From assembly GCA_048886685.1 (NCBI GenBank), contig JBHLKM010000007.1, positions 1-64,000 of the forward strand: DNA of 64,000 bases. The letters run 5' to 3'. The DNA comes from Candidatus Hodarchaeota archaeon (GTDB lineage: Archaea > Asgardarchaeota > Lokiarchaeia > Sigyniarchaeales > SOKP01). Of the stretch, positions 52,132-61,968 are shown piece after piece; within the stretch, counting starts at the first letter, position 1, and every line of letters starts with the position of its first letter. The notes beneath the pieces were generated by a model. That model saw nothing but the letters and a program-made list of their open reading frames with translations. It had not been told where the DNA came from and made no database searches. Both the position numbers and the translations under genes were made by a program.

Positions 52132-52719
52132 TTATTTTTCATGAGATTTTTTATCTTCTAGTAGTTTTACTGCTTTTCTTCCTAGGTTGTACGCTTTTAA
52201 CAATTCATCTTTTTTTTCTAATATTTTTCCTTTTTGATAACAAGCAGGGACACAGATATCCCCAATATAATTTCCTCTAAGAACTTGAATTGTTAATTTC
52301 ATTGGTTCAGTGATAAAACGACTATGCTCATAATCATCCCTACCAAACGTACATAATATTATGTGCCCTTTACTATTAAATCTATCAGCATAACGAGGAT
52401 TATTAAAATATGAAGAAAACCTATCAATAAAACATTTCATTTGTGCGGAAACACCATGCCAATAGAGAGGACTTGCCCAGATGATGAGATCAGATTCTAA
52501 AAATTTATTTAGAAGTTGGGGGTAATCATCATCTGCCCGTAAATCTTCTCTGTTTCGACTATCATCGACTACCTCACCGATAGGTCTTATGTGAAAATCA
52601 TCTAAATAGATTTTATCAACCAAAGCTCCTACTGATTTTGCTCCCTTTAAAACTTCATCTGCCAATAAATCCGAGTTCCCTTTTTTTCTAGGACTTCCTA
52701 ATAATGCTAAAACTTGCAT
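52132..52719 (-). CDS. Flavodoxin-like/NADPH-dependent FMN reductase (Isf-like, Cys cluster motif absent)
   Basis: GSPRKKGNS, ASPLYW..VSAQMK.FIDR. Confidence 0.85.
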   Translation of the reverse strand: MQVLALLGSPRKKGNSDLLADEVLKGAKSVGALVDKIYLDDFHIRPIGEVVDDSRNREDLRADDDYPQLLNKFLESDLIIWASPLYWHGVSAQMKCFIDRFSSYFNNPRYADRFNSKGHIILCTFGRDDYEHSRFITEPMKLTIQVLRGNYIGDICVPACYQKGKILEKKDELLKAYNLGRKAVKLLEDKKSHEK

Positions 52720-53166
52720 AATAATAGCAATAATATGAAAGTTGTTTTAGATTTTATCATTATTTAGGAAATAGGATATACATTATTGATGTTATCTCAG
52801 TTAGTTTGTAAAACAAACTATAATAGCTATCTTAATTTTATGATCTTCTCTTTAATATGCCTATTAATCCACCTAGAATATCATACTATATAAAAAAAAA
52901 AGATTTAGGAAAGTTAGATTTCTTTCATAATTTTTTATGGATTTTTTGTAAGAAAGTCTTTTGTTATAGTCAAGTTCTGATTTTGAGAAAGGAATTAGAC
53001 TCCAATAGTATTCTAAGATCTAGTAAAAGGGTCATTAATAGGGCGATCAGAATCGAAGAGATAATGTGAACTTTTAAATAATTATACTAAATTAAATAGA
53101 TTACTGGAATTAAATAATATGCAAATTAAATAGAATGTAATAATTAAATAGAGGTTAATATTTGTT

Positions 53167-54048
53167 ATGGGAAGACTTAATGAAAAAGTTGCGGTGATTA
53201 CTGGGGGCTCAAGTGGTATAGGGAAAGCGACTGTTGAGCTCTTCATTAAAGAGGGTGCTCGCGTTGTGTTTGGTGATATTCTTGATCAGCAAGGAAAAGA
53301 GATTGCTGAAAAACTTGGGGATAATGCTTCTTATATCCATACGAATGTAAGATTCGAGTCCGACATTAAAGCTTTATTAGACCTTGCTGTTAATAAATAT
53401 GGGAGAATTGATATCTTATATAATAATGCGGGTTTTGGGGGTGCATTAGGATTAATTGAGAATATTCCAACCGATGCATTTGATGTAACAATGGAGGTTT
53501 TATTCCGAAGTGTATTTTTGGGAATAAAGCTTGTAACCCCAATCATGAAGGAACAAGGTTCAGGAAGTATAATAAGTACGTCCAGCGTAGCTGGTATGCA
53601 TGGAGAAGGGCTTCACATATATAGTTCAGCAAAAGCGGCGATTATTCAATTTACGCGTTCTGTTGCAAAAGAACTTGGTGAATATGGCATTCGTGTAAAT
53701 TGTATTTGTCCAGGCGTTATCGCAACCCCTATATTTGGAAAAGCATTTGGACTCCCCCAAGATCAGGCGGAAAGGATGGCTGAAATGATTAAGGCTATGC
53801 CAACAGAAAACCAACCTATAAATCGTAGAGGAATTCCTGAAGATATAGCTAAAGCAGCTTTATGGCTTGCAAGTGAAGATTCTGGATTTGTAACGGGGCA
53901 TGCATTGATAGTTGATGGAGGGCTTTTGGGGGGCCCAAAATACTCAAAATCTATTGAAAGTTATGAAATGATCGCAAAAACCCTAAAATTGGGAGATTTA
54001 GAGGACATTTTCAATAAAGTAAACGAAAGAATCGCTGAAAGTAAATAG
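53167..54048 (+). CDS. Short-chain dehydrogenase/reductase
   Basis: TGGSSGIG, NNAG, SS, YSSAK, VNCICPG. Confidence 0.93.
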   Translation: MGRLNEKVAVITGGSSGIGKATVELFIKEGARVVFGDILDQQGKEIAEKLGDNASYIHTNVRFESDIKALLDLAVNKYGRIDILYNNAGFGGALGLIENIPTDAFDVTMEVLFRSVFLGIKLVTPIMKEQGSGSIISTSSVAGMHGEGLHIYSSAKAAIIQFTRSVAKELGEYGIRVNCICPGVIATPIFGKAFGLPQDQAERMAEMIKAMPTENQPINRRGIPEDIAKAALWLASEDSGFVTGHALIVDGGLLGGPKYSKSIESYEMIAKTLKLGDLEDIFNKVNERIAESK

Positions 54049-54251
54049 CACATAAAATTATAATATTTTTTTCACTCTTATTTTATCTCAATCGATTCTT
54101 AAATCGGCGCAAAACTAAAAGTCGGGTGAATATTGAAGAAAAACAACGTATTGATCTTGACTACTGATACTTTAAATCATAGATATCTTCAATTTTCTCA
54201 TAGAAAAAATCATAAATATACTAATATTTTTAACATTAAATTGTCAAAGAA

Positions 54252-55847
54252 TTGATGGAAAAAATGAGTAATTCAGTTATTAAAACTGTTGATTTATTTT
54301 ATAATCCAAAGTCAGTTGCAGTAATTGGTGCTTCGAAGGTTCCAATGAAAGGTGGGAACCGTATAGTTAAAAATCTATATAGAAATGGCTACAAAGGTCA
54401 GATTTATCCTGTTAATCCCAACTATAATGAAGAAGATGAACTATGTGGTTTCCAATTTTATAAAACTGTTTTAGATATAAAAGGGGAGGTAGATCTTGCC
54501 ATTTTTTATGTAAACAATCGTATTGCAACTAATATTCTTAAAGATTGTGTTAAGAAAGGAATAAAAGCGGCAATAATCCAAAGCGCTGGTTTTGAGGAAG
54601 TGGGGGTAGAAGGGTTAAAATTAAGGGATGAAATTGCTGCTATTACAGAAAATTTCTCTAAATTACGTATTATTGGTCCTAATTGTATGGGAATCAGTCG
54701 CTTCGATGGGGATTATGATGATAAAAAAGGAGGTTTCTTCACTGGACAATTTACTCTTAGGAATTACAAAAGAGGTAATGTGGCGATCATCACCCAGAGT
54801 GGTTTCTTGAATGGAGGAATAGCGCCACTGATTTTTCGTCAGTATCCAAATCTTGGATTTAGGTACATCATTTCAATTGGAAACAAGATGGACTTGGGAG
54901 AAAATGAATTTTTAGAATACATATTAGAAGATGATACTGTGAATGTCATTGCGATATATTTAGAGTCATTTAAAGACCCTAGAAAATTCATCTCTTTATG
55001 TAGAAAAGCAAAACAAATGCCTAAAAAAACTATTATCCTTGTAAAAGGTGGAAAAACAAGCCAAGGGATGAAAGCAGCTTCTAGCCACACAGGTGCTTTA
55101 GCTGAAGATGAAAGACTAATTGACGCTATTATAAAACAAGCAGGAGTTATTCAAGCAAATAATTTTTTTGAAATGTTCCAATTTCTAAGAACATTTTCCA
55201 TGATGTATAAATCCGGTAAAAAATTCCCTAAGAAAGGAAATATCGCTCTTGTTGTTGGGAGTGGAGGTATGGGAACTGTAATGGGGGATGTTGCTATGAA
55301 ATATGGTTTAAAGTTCCCTGAATTTGGTGAGAATAGTTATAACATTCTTAAAAGTGTATTCCCTGATTGGATGCCTCCAAACCGATTTGCTCTCGTTGAT
55401 TCTTGGCCTACAATGGAAAAAGCAATGATGGATGCAGCTAAAAAAGCCAAAAGTACTACTAAAAAATCACCGAATAAGACTACTACAAATGAAAAAGAAA
55501 TGAATCCATTTCGTATGATGGGTTCTTTTGGAAATGTTATGGACGTAATTCAAAGAGCCGTTTTAGAAGAACCTAAAATAGAAGGATTGTTCACATCAAT
55601 GCCAGGTGGTCCAAGAGGACGTGAAGGAACAATGGGTTTTATGACACCGATGCTTGAACGCATAGCAAAATACCCGAAACCCGTTTTCTTTTATTCAGTA
55701 ATGGAAAGTGAGGAATCTTTGGAGATGTTACGGTTGTATGGCAAGTATAATATTCCTTTTTTTAACAGAACTGAAGATGTTGCCAAGAATTTTGCGATTT
55801 TGGTCCAAGAAACAAAGATTAAAGAAAGATTTTTAAAAACATTTTAA
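54252..55847 (+). CDS. Acyl-CoA synthetase (NDP-forming), alpha-subunit/CoA-binding family
   Basis: PKSVAVIGAS, IGPNCMG, ITQSG, AASSHTGALA phospho-His motif. Confidence 0.9.
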   Translation: MMEKMSNSVIKTVDLFYNPKSVAVIGASKVPMKGGNRIVKNLYRNGYKGQIYPVNPNYNEEDELCGFQFYKTVLDIKGEVDLAIFYVNNRIATNILKDCVKKGIKAAIIQSAGFEEVGVEGLKLRDEIAAITENFSKLRIIGPNCMGISRFDGDYDDKKGGFFTGQFTLRNYKRGNVAIITQSGFLNGGIAPLIFRQYPNLGFRYIISIGNKMDLGENEFLEYILEDDTVNVIAIYLESFKDPRKFISLCRKAKQMPKKTIILVKGGKTSQGMKAASSHTGALAEDERLIDAIIKQAGVIQANNFFEMFQFLRTFSMMYKSGKKFPKKGNIALVVGSGGMGTVMGDVAMKYGLKFPEFGENSYNILKSVFPDWMPPNRFALVDSWPTMEKAMMDAAKKAKSTTKKSPNKTTTNEKEMNPFRMMGSFGNVMDVIQRAVLEEPKIEGLFTSMPGGPRGREGTMGFMTPMLERIAKYPKPVFFYSVMESEESLEMLRLYGKYNIPFFNRTEDVAKNFAILVQETKIKERFLKTF

Positions 55848-55906
55848 CCTTTGGAATGGTGCTTGTACTTAGTTATCTTATTTGGTTCGGAATCCATTCC
55901 AACAAG

Positions 55907-56071
55907 CTATTTATTTCACAAAAAATATTTTCGAATATAAAAAATATATAATTGAGGAAAATTTTAGTTATAAGTTTAATAATTCAATAAATTGCTTTAC
56001 TCCTCGATTTGGATCATATTGCATATGTGGATTGGTAGAACTAGATATAATGAAAGTATTTTCAGGAAATC
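55907..56071 (-). repeat. Displaced diverged copy of the 3' end and downstream region of the PLP-enzyme gene (partner 59802-59968)
   Basis: FPENTFIISSSTNPHMQYDPNRGVKQFIELLNL* versus FPENTSIIPSSATPHMYYDPNRGVKQFIELLKL*; coding parts offset by 3897 bp. Confidence 0.9.
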
Positions 56072-56130
56072 CATTATATAGACTATGTCTATAAAGATAG
56101 ATTTAAATATCTAATTTAGTAATAATAAAA

Positions 56131-56625
56131 TTGAGGATCGAAATGAAATACTTACATTCAGTAGCTATAATTGGTCTTATAGGGAGTTTATTATTAATAT
56201 ATGGTTTTTTTGCTTTATTAAATTACATCTTTGAATATGCGACAATTTTAAGTGGATTTGGTTTGACATATCAAATTATTAGCTCAGATCTTCTAACATT
56301 TTTTATTTTAAATGCCATATTGCAATTGATTTTTGGAATAATTGCGTTGATTTCTTCAATATTTGTGATTAAAGAAAAGAAAATAGGTGTTTACATTTTA
56401 TTTTGTATTGGTATTATTACTTCAATATTTATGTTTATAGTTATCTATCCACGTCAAGAATATATGTTATCACCAGATATAACATTAATTATTGGACCTA
56501 TACGATTATTATCTAATCATACAATTGATATTACTCCTTTTATTATTCTAATTGCTGGATTATTACCCTTTATCCTTAAATCTGATGAGTGGGTAATTAT
56601 CAACAAAGACAAAAAGATTAGTTAA
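56131..56625 (+). CDS. 4-TM hypothetical membrane protein
   Basis: 164-aa hydrophobic ORF. Confidence 0.7.
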   Translation: MRIEMKYLHSVAIIGLIGSLLLIYGFFALLNYIFEYATILSGFGLTYQIISSDLLTFFILNAILQLIFGIIALISSIFVIKEKKIGVYILFCIGIITSIFMFIVIYPRQEYMLSPDITLIIGPIRLLSNHTIDITPFIILIAGLLPFILKSDEWVIINKDKKIS

Positions 56626-56815
56626 TGTCTAATAGTTTAATAGTCTAATAGTGGTTTTAATTTTTCTTGGAATAATAACATTGGTAGTTGTCTTACTTTT
56701 TGCTCCCGGTAGAAGTGAAAAAATTTTTGGTATTCTAACTTTTCTTGCTGTACTTCTTATAGTTATTCCCTTTTTCATCTTTATGTTATTTTATCAAAAG
56801 ATAAGATCTAGTTAA
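56625..56815 (+). pseudogene. Translationally coupled 2-TM small protein frameshifted by an 8-bp tandem duplication
   Basis: TAATG overlap at 56623-56627; (c/t)taatagt three times at 56629-56652; removing one unit joins the ATG to VVLIFLGII...QKIRSS*. Confidence 0.6.
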
Positions 56816-57005
56816 TTTTATTTAATTTAATCAACGTTTTTTTGCTGTTTTTTCCTTAATTATCTATACTATAAAATTGATATAGAGAGTATCAAATTCG
56901 AACATCAACTGTTTTGATTTGTAAGATTTAAATTGAATGGAACTTATAGGAAGTAAAGCATAACACTCTCTATAATCCAATGGTATATATAGAGATCAGA
57001 AAAAA

Positions 57006-58094
57006 ATGAAAGAGAATAAAGTTATTACTGATATAGAGCAGCTAACCCCGGAATGGTTGACGAATATCTTCAAGAATAAGGGTTACCTTAGCCAAGGAAA
57101 AGTTACAAAAATAATTAAGAAAAAATCGCAAGAAACCATTACTTCTTTTGTGTATTTCTTAGAGCTAAACTTTTCAACTGATGCTCAGACAGAACCACCT
57201 TCTCGTGAATTAGTTGTAAAAATTTCAAAACACAATGATGAGTTCAAAATTTACGGGAGACAAGAAGCTAAATTTTATAATATCATAGCTGAAAACATGA
57301 TTGAAATGCCAATTCCAACTTGCTATGATGCGGTATTTTCTGAAGAAACTGGTTTGTCTCATATTATCCTTGAAAATATATCGAAGACCCATGAAACATT
57401 GTTGAACTTTCCTTTTGGACCACCTCCTTCAAAACAACATTTTGAAAAAGCGATTGATAGTTTAGCAGAAATTCATGCTTTTTGGTGGGATCATAAAAAC
57501 CTTAAGGAATTATCTAAACAATCAAGAGGACCTCTTTCTCTTTTTTTAACAAGAGTAAGAAAAGAGGCACTTCAACGTTTTTTAGAAGACGTTGGAGATA
57601 AAATGAGTGATAACAGAAAATCACTATTGAAGAAAATATTTTCATTATATCCCCAAGCAGTAGATGAGCGAATCGCAAAAAAAAATCTAACTATAATACA
57701 TACTGACGCTCATTTAGGGCAATTTTTTTATCCAAAAAATAATGATAATGAAAAGTATAAAGCGATACTAAGTGATTGGCAAGGTTGGAATATCGGTGTA
57801 GGAGGTCTAGATCTAGCATATATGATTGGGCTTTTTTTATCCCCCGAAAACAGACGTTTAATGGAAAAAAAACTTATCAAACGTTATCATAGCCATCTTA
57901 TTAAGTTGGGCATAAAAAACTATAACTGGGATAAGTGTTGGTATGATTACAAATTATTTACATTTTTAAACATTTACCACTGTATCTGGTGGTGGAATGT
58001 GGGTATGGTTTCTTCTTCCTTCTTCTGGGCTAGATTAGAAACATCCATTGCTACCATAGAAGATTTAAATTGTATGGAACTTTTAGAAAGCTGA
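57006..58094 (+). CDS. Aminoglycoside/choline kinase-like phosphotransferase (EcKL-like)
   Basis: LVVK, QEAKFY, LA.IHA, IIHTDAHLGQ (HxD), SDWQ, DLAY. Confidence 0.85.
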   Translation: MKENKVITDIEQLTPEWLTNIFKNKGYLSQGKVTKIIKKKSQETITSFVYFLELNFSTDAQTEPPSRELVVKISKHNDEFKIYGRQEAKFYNIIAENMIEMPIPTCYDAVFSEETGLSHIILENISKTHETLLNFPFGPPPSKQHFEKAIDSLAEIHAFWWDHKNLKELSKQSRGPLSLFLTRVRKEALQRFLEDVGDKMSDNRKSLLKKIFSLYPQAVDERIAKKNLTIIHTDAHLGQFFYPKNNDNEKYKAILSDWQGWNIGVGGLDLAYMIGLFLSPENRRLMEKKLIKRYHSHLIKLGIKNYNWDKCWYDYKLFTFLNIYHCIWWWNVGMVSSSFFWARLETSIATIEDLNCMELLES

Positions 58095-58248
58095 AGTACC
58101 TTTAAGAACTGAAAGAACAAAGTCATAACAGTTTCATAATCCCAATTTTTTAGGTTATTAAGAGTCTATTTTTAATAGTTCTATAAGCATACTTATATAA
58201 ATGCTTTGAAAAAAACAACATTTATTTGATGAATAATTATATTTTATT

Positions 58249-59568
58249 TTATACTTGTTTTCGGATTAAATATTTTCTAAGGTATACTAGAGAAATCACG
58301 ATTATTAGGATATGTAGAATATAAATATTTCCTAATGAAATGGTTAGTCTATCCCCATTGCCATCTTCAAATAATTCAACACGAGATAAGAAATATACCG
58401 AATTGTCTGGAGAATAAGTTCCAGCAACAATATTATTACCATCAGACGAAATTGCTACTTTAGATACAGCATATCCGGTTTGGTAACTCCACAATGGTAC
58501 AGAACTAGAATTTTCGAAAAAGGAGATCTTATTTTTCTCATAGCCTGCTATTAAATAAGTACCATTTGAAGATATCGCAACTGAATTTACATTATTATCC
58601 ATTTCAGGAGTTTCATAGCTCCATAGGTGTGTTTTTGGTAAAGTTGTTGAATTATCAAACAAATAAATTGTACTTTGTAAAGTACCAGCAATTATATAGT
58701 TATTATCGGATGATATAGCTATTGTTTGTACACTTGGGGTGGGAGTATTATAGCTCCATAAAGGAGTGGAACTATCTTTTTGAAAAAGATAGACATGAGA
58801 ATCTAGAGTTCCTGCTGCAATATTATTACCATTTGCCGAAATCGATACAGAATAAACCCATGATCCAGTATGGTTATTCTATATTGGCAATTTAGGAGTA
58901 GAAATCGAATTATTGAATAGGTATACGTATGAGTCATAACCTCCTGCTACAATATAATTTCCATCAGCCGAAATTGATACCGAATTTGGAGTATCAGATC
59001 TTAAAAAGTTCCACATAGGTGTTTTTGGTGTTGTAATTGAATTATTAAATAGATAAATTTTATTATCACCACCTGCTACTGCTATATATTTTCCATCCGA
59101 AGAAATAGCTACATCTTGTACTACTTTAATCGCTGTTTGATAACTCCATAGTGGGGTTTTTAGGGTTGCAACTGATTTGTTAAATAAATAGATTTTACCT
59201 ATACTAGACCCCGCTACAATATAATTCCCATTTGAAGATATCGCAACTGTCTGAACATTATTCCCTGTATTATAGCTCCATAATGGTGTTGAATTTGAAT
59301 TCTCGAAAAAGTAAACCTTATCATCATTGCTACCTGCTACAAGATACTTCCCATCGGAAGATATATCTACTGACCATATTGCCCCTTCTGATCTATAAAT
59401 CCATGCTAAATTAGTTCCTGAACTCTGTGGATGAATATTATATCTATCATTTATTTTTCTGGAAATTTCACTCTCTTTGAGAAAATTGAATGTTGTCTGA
59501 ATGCTTATTAAAAATGTAAAAATAAATATGAACTTAATAATTATTATTTTTTTTCTCATTGTTACCAA
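58249..59568 (-). pseudogene. Membrane-anchored WD40/PQQ-like beta-propeller protein split by one TAG (58879-58881)
   Basis: Repeats V.IS.DG.Y.VAG..D..VYLF....TPLWSY continue in frame across the stop, which sits where the repeat Trp is expected; N-terminal signal/TM and C-terminal TM. Confidence 0.85.
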
Positions 59569-59688
59569 TCTAGAATTAGTTTGTCTGATAAATAATGTAC
59601 AAAAATTGTCTTTAGGTTAAGATTTATTTAATCAAATACATAAGCTTTCTGCTAAAATATTTAGATTTAAAACTTTCTTATTTGAAAA

Positions 59689-59799
59689 ATGGAATCACTC
59701 TATAAAATAGAGGAAGAGGCCATAGGAATAACAGATTCGTAACGAGCTCAAATTTACGAGTTTGCCAGGTCAGTTAGTAAAGAAGTCCTGGAAGAGGTG
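59689..59799 (+). pseudogene. 5' fragment of a homolog of the 113-aa gene (49653-49994)
   Basis: MESLYKIEEEAIGITDS*RAQIYEFARSVSKEVLEEV versus MEPLQKIEEEAQAITDTQRSQIYEFAREVSKDTLEEV. Confidence 0.85.
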
Positions 59800-59864
59800 T
59801 ACTATTTATTTTGTAAAAACAATTTCCAAGTAAAAAAAAAATAAATAATTCAGAAAAATTTTAG

Positions 59865-61040
59865 TTATAATTTTAATAATTCAATAAATTGTTTTACTCC
59901 TCGATTTGGATCATAATACATATGTGGAGTGGCAGAACTTGGTATAATGGAAGTATTTTCAGGAAATCTTCCCGTGAAATTAACAATAATACTTTTAGAT
60001 TTGATACTTTTTGTAGAATTAATGGCTCCGATGAAAGCAATCAACCCACTTTTTTCAAGTTCAAAAAATTTTAAACCTAATTCAATGGTAGGATACACTC
60101 TCGCGTTGACCAATTCTCTAATTATATTTTCCTTATGATTGAGGATATCCTTGTTTGAAACCTGTGATGTGAGAATTCTTCCACCGTCTTTTCTCCAACG
60201 GACAAATCTTTCTATAGCATATATAGGTTTAGAACTTCCTAATGTAGTTTCAATATCCGAAGTTTCATATGTCCTTTCCTTAAATACATCTAAAGGATTA
60301 TTACCCATGGAGTGCTCATTTAAAGCATCAACAATAGGCGTTGATACATTACTTACTGGTTGAACCACTAAAATCTCGGGACTTAAATTCACTTGCGAAG
60401 CATATTCAATGAATCCTATTGGACCTACACCTCCAGATACAGTCTGGACATAACATATATCATTATTTAATAGATTCATATGATCTAATACAAAACCAAT
60501 TTGACCATATGCAGCTGTTTTTAGATTTGCATCAGCTAGAACAACCTTATATGATTTTGACATCTCTTTCATGAGTTTTGTGGCAAAATTTCTTATATTA
60601 TCTAGTGATGAATTTCTTAAGATAATATATTTCACATAAGGATTGTTTTCAATTACACTTTGAGATACTTTGAAAGAAGAGATTTCAGGAACCAACAAAA
60701 TTCCTTTGATTTCCTTCTTTGATTCAATATTATACTTTTTTAGTGATCTCGCCAGAGATTCAACTGTATTTCCAGATGAAGTTGAGATTATATAGTCAAT
60801 TTCATTCTTATCATATACATGAAGTAAATACTGACAATCGACGTCTTTAAAAGTTGGTGTACTCCAGCATATACAAAATACTTTTTTATTAGGTATTAAC
60901 TCAGGGATATATCTAACAGATATAGGTATGATTGGAAAATATTCGGATTGGATCTTCCTTCCTGTCAATTTAAAATAAATGTTATCACTAAATTTCCAAT
61001 TATTTCCTCCAATATAACTTGAAGAAATTGTATTTGTCAT
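59865..61040 (-). CDS. Divergent fold-type II PLP enzyme (threonine/cysteate synthase-like)
   Basis: TPTFKD (Schiff-base Lys), TSSGNT, YVQTVSGGVGP phosphate loop, VNFTG. Confidence 0.75.
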   Translation of the reverse strand: MTNTISSSYIGGNNWKFSDNIYFKLTGRKIQSEYFPIIPISVRYIPELIPNKKVFCICWSTPTFKDVDCQYLLHVYDKNEIDYIISTSSGNTVESLARSLKKYNIESKKEIKGILLVPEISSFKVSQSVIENNPYVKYIILRNSSLDNIRNFATKLMKEMSKSYKVVLADANLKTAAYGQIGFVLDHMNLLNNDICYVQTVSGGVGPIGFIEYASQVNLSPEILVVQPVSNVSTPIVDALNEHSMGNNPLDVFKERTYETSDIETTLGSSKPIYAIERFVRWRKDGGRILTSQVSNKDILNHKENIIRELVNARVYPTIELGLKFFELEKSGLIAFIGAINSTKSIKSKSIIVNFTGRFPENTSIIPSSATPHMYYDPNRGVKQFIELLKL

Positions 61041-61058
61041 AGTTCTTCTTAGAAAAAT

Positions 61059-61229
61059 TTAAGGATTGTTACACCACAAAGGTTCTTTTGGAGGGAGAAT
61101 ATCTTCACATTTTTCTTTCACATCACAATCTCGACAGATAGTTGAAATACTTCTAAAATTTCCATAACACGATGGTAAAATTATTATAATCGAGACATAA
61201 TTATCGGATTTAATCTCATTTTTGCTCAT
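61059..61229 (-). CDS. 56-aa Cys-rich peptide (not in the ORF track)
   Basis: SD GGAG plus ATG; MSKNEIKSDNYVSIIIILPSCYGNFRSISTICRDCDVKEKCEDILPPKEPLWCNNP*; ends 18 bp before the PLP gene. Confidence 0.65.
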   Translation of the reverse strand: MSKNEIKSDNYVSIIIILPSCYGNFRSISTICRDCDVKEKCEDILPPKEPLWCNNP

Positions 61230-61362
61230 TTAAGTTTTCTCCTAAATTTTTTGATGGATGTAATACTCATTGAAAATAGTGACACAAATATTTAAAGTTT
61301 ATGATGCATTATGACATAATTAATGACATAAAATTATTTTCAAGTCAAAAAAAGGTGTTTGA

Positions 61363-61938
61363 ATTATATCTCATGAAAGAAAAGGTCAAAAGAACTCGGT
61401 TCATGCTACAATTTCCCATGAATCTTATGAAATTTTACAGCAATATAAAGAAGAATTTGGTTCAAAGTCTGCTGTTGTAGATGCTGCACTCAAATCGTTG
61501 AAGAAATCTAAAGAACCACACTTAGAGGATCAAAAAAGAGTATGGTGTAGAGCCAGAGATGAACTAAATATGCTCTTGGTTGGAAAAACGACCTTTCTTA
61601 GTTATATTAAAGGTAAAGTTAAGGAGGCTTACACAAAAAATATTGCTGTTGAAACAATTGAATGGTATTTAGGAAAAAGGATAGAAAGTATGACTTTACA
61701 AGAATTTTTGGGAGGTCTTAAAGGAATGTGGCTTGTTGCTAATTATTTTTATAGTATAGAATTAGAAAAAAATGAAAAAGGTACTTATCAAATGAGATTC
61801 AATCATGAATTGACAAAAGATTATAGCATTTTCTGGGCAGAATACTTCGAGAAGCTATTGATCGATAATTGGGGATGTTTTATTGAGGCTTTCATCCGCA
61901 ATGAATCTTTTTATTTAATTATTAGGAAAGAATTATGA
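61363..61938 (+). CDS. Ribbon-helix-helix regulator with a C-terminal putative ligand-binding domain; probable ATT/ATA start
   Basis: KNSVHATISHESYEILQQYKEEFGSKSAVVDAALKSL RHH pattern upstream of the track TTG; SD AAGGTG at 61352-61357. Confidence 0.7.
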   Translation: MISHERKGQKNSVHATISHESYEILQQYKEEFGSKSAVVDAALKSLKKSKEPHLEDQKRVWCRARDELNMLLVGKTTFLSYIKGKVKEAYTKNIAVETIEWYLGKRIESMTLQEFLGGLKGMWLVANYFYSIELEKNEKGTYQMRFNHELTKDYSIFWAEYFEKLLIDNWGCFIEAFIRNESFYLIIRKEL

Positions 61939-61968
61939 TAAATTCTCTTTATAGTTATCTTAAAGATA

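Noticed and set aside
51527-56071. Integron attC sites or a CRISPR array
   Set aside because: The three repeat pairs are unrelated to each other, lack RYYYAAC/GTTRRRY ends and regular spacing, and no intI or cas gene is present.
5717-59742. Stop-codon reassignment (TAA/TAG read-through, pyrrolysine)
   Set aside because: Most intact genes end in TAA, and the internal stops appear to replace different residues (Trp in the propeller, Gln in the 113-aa relic, others unclear), which fits point mutations.
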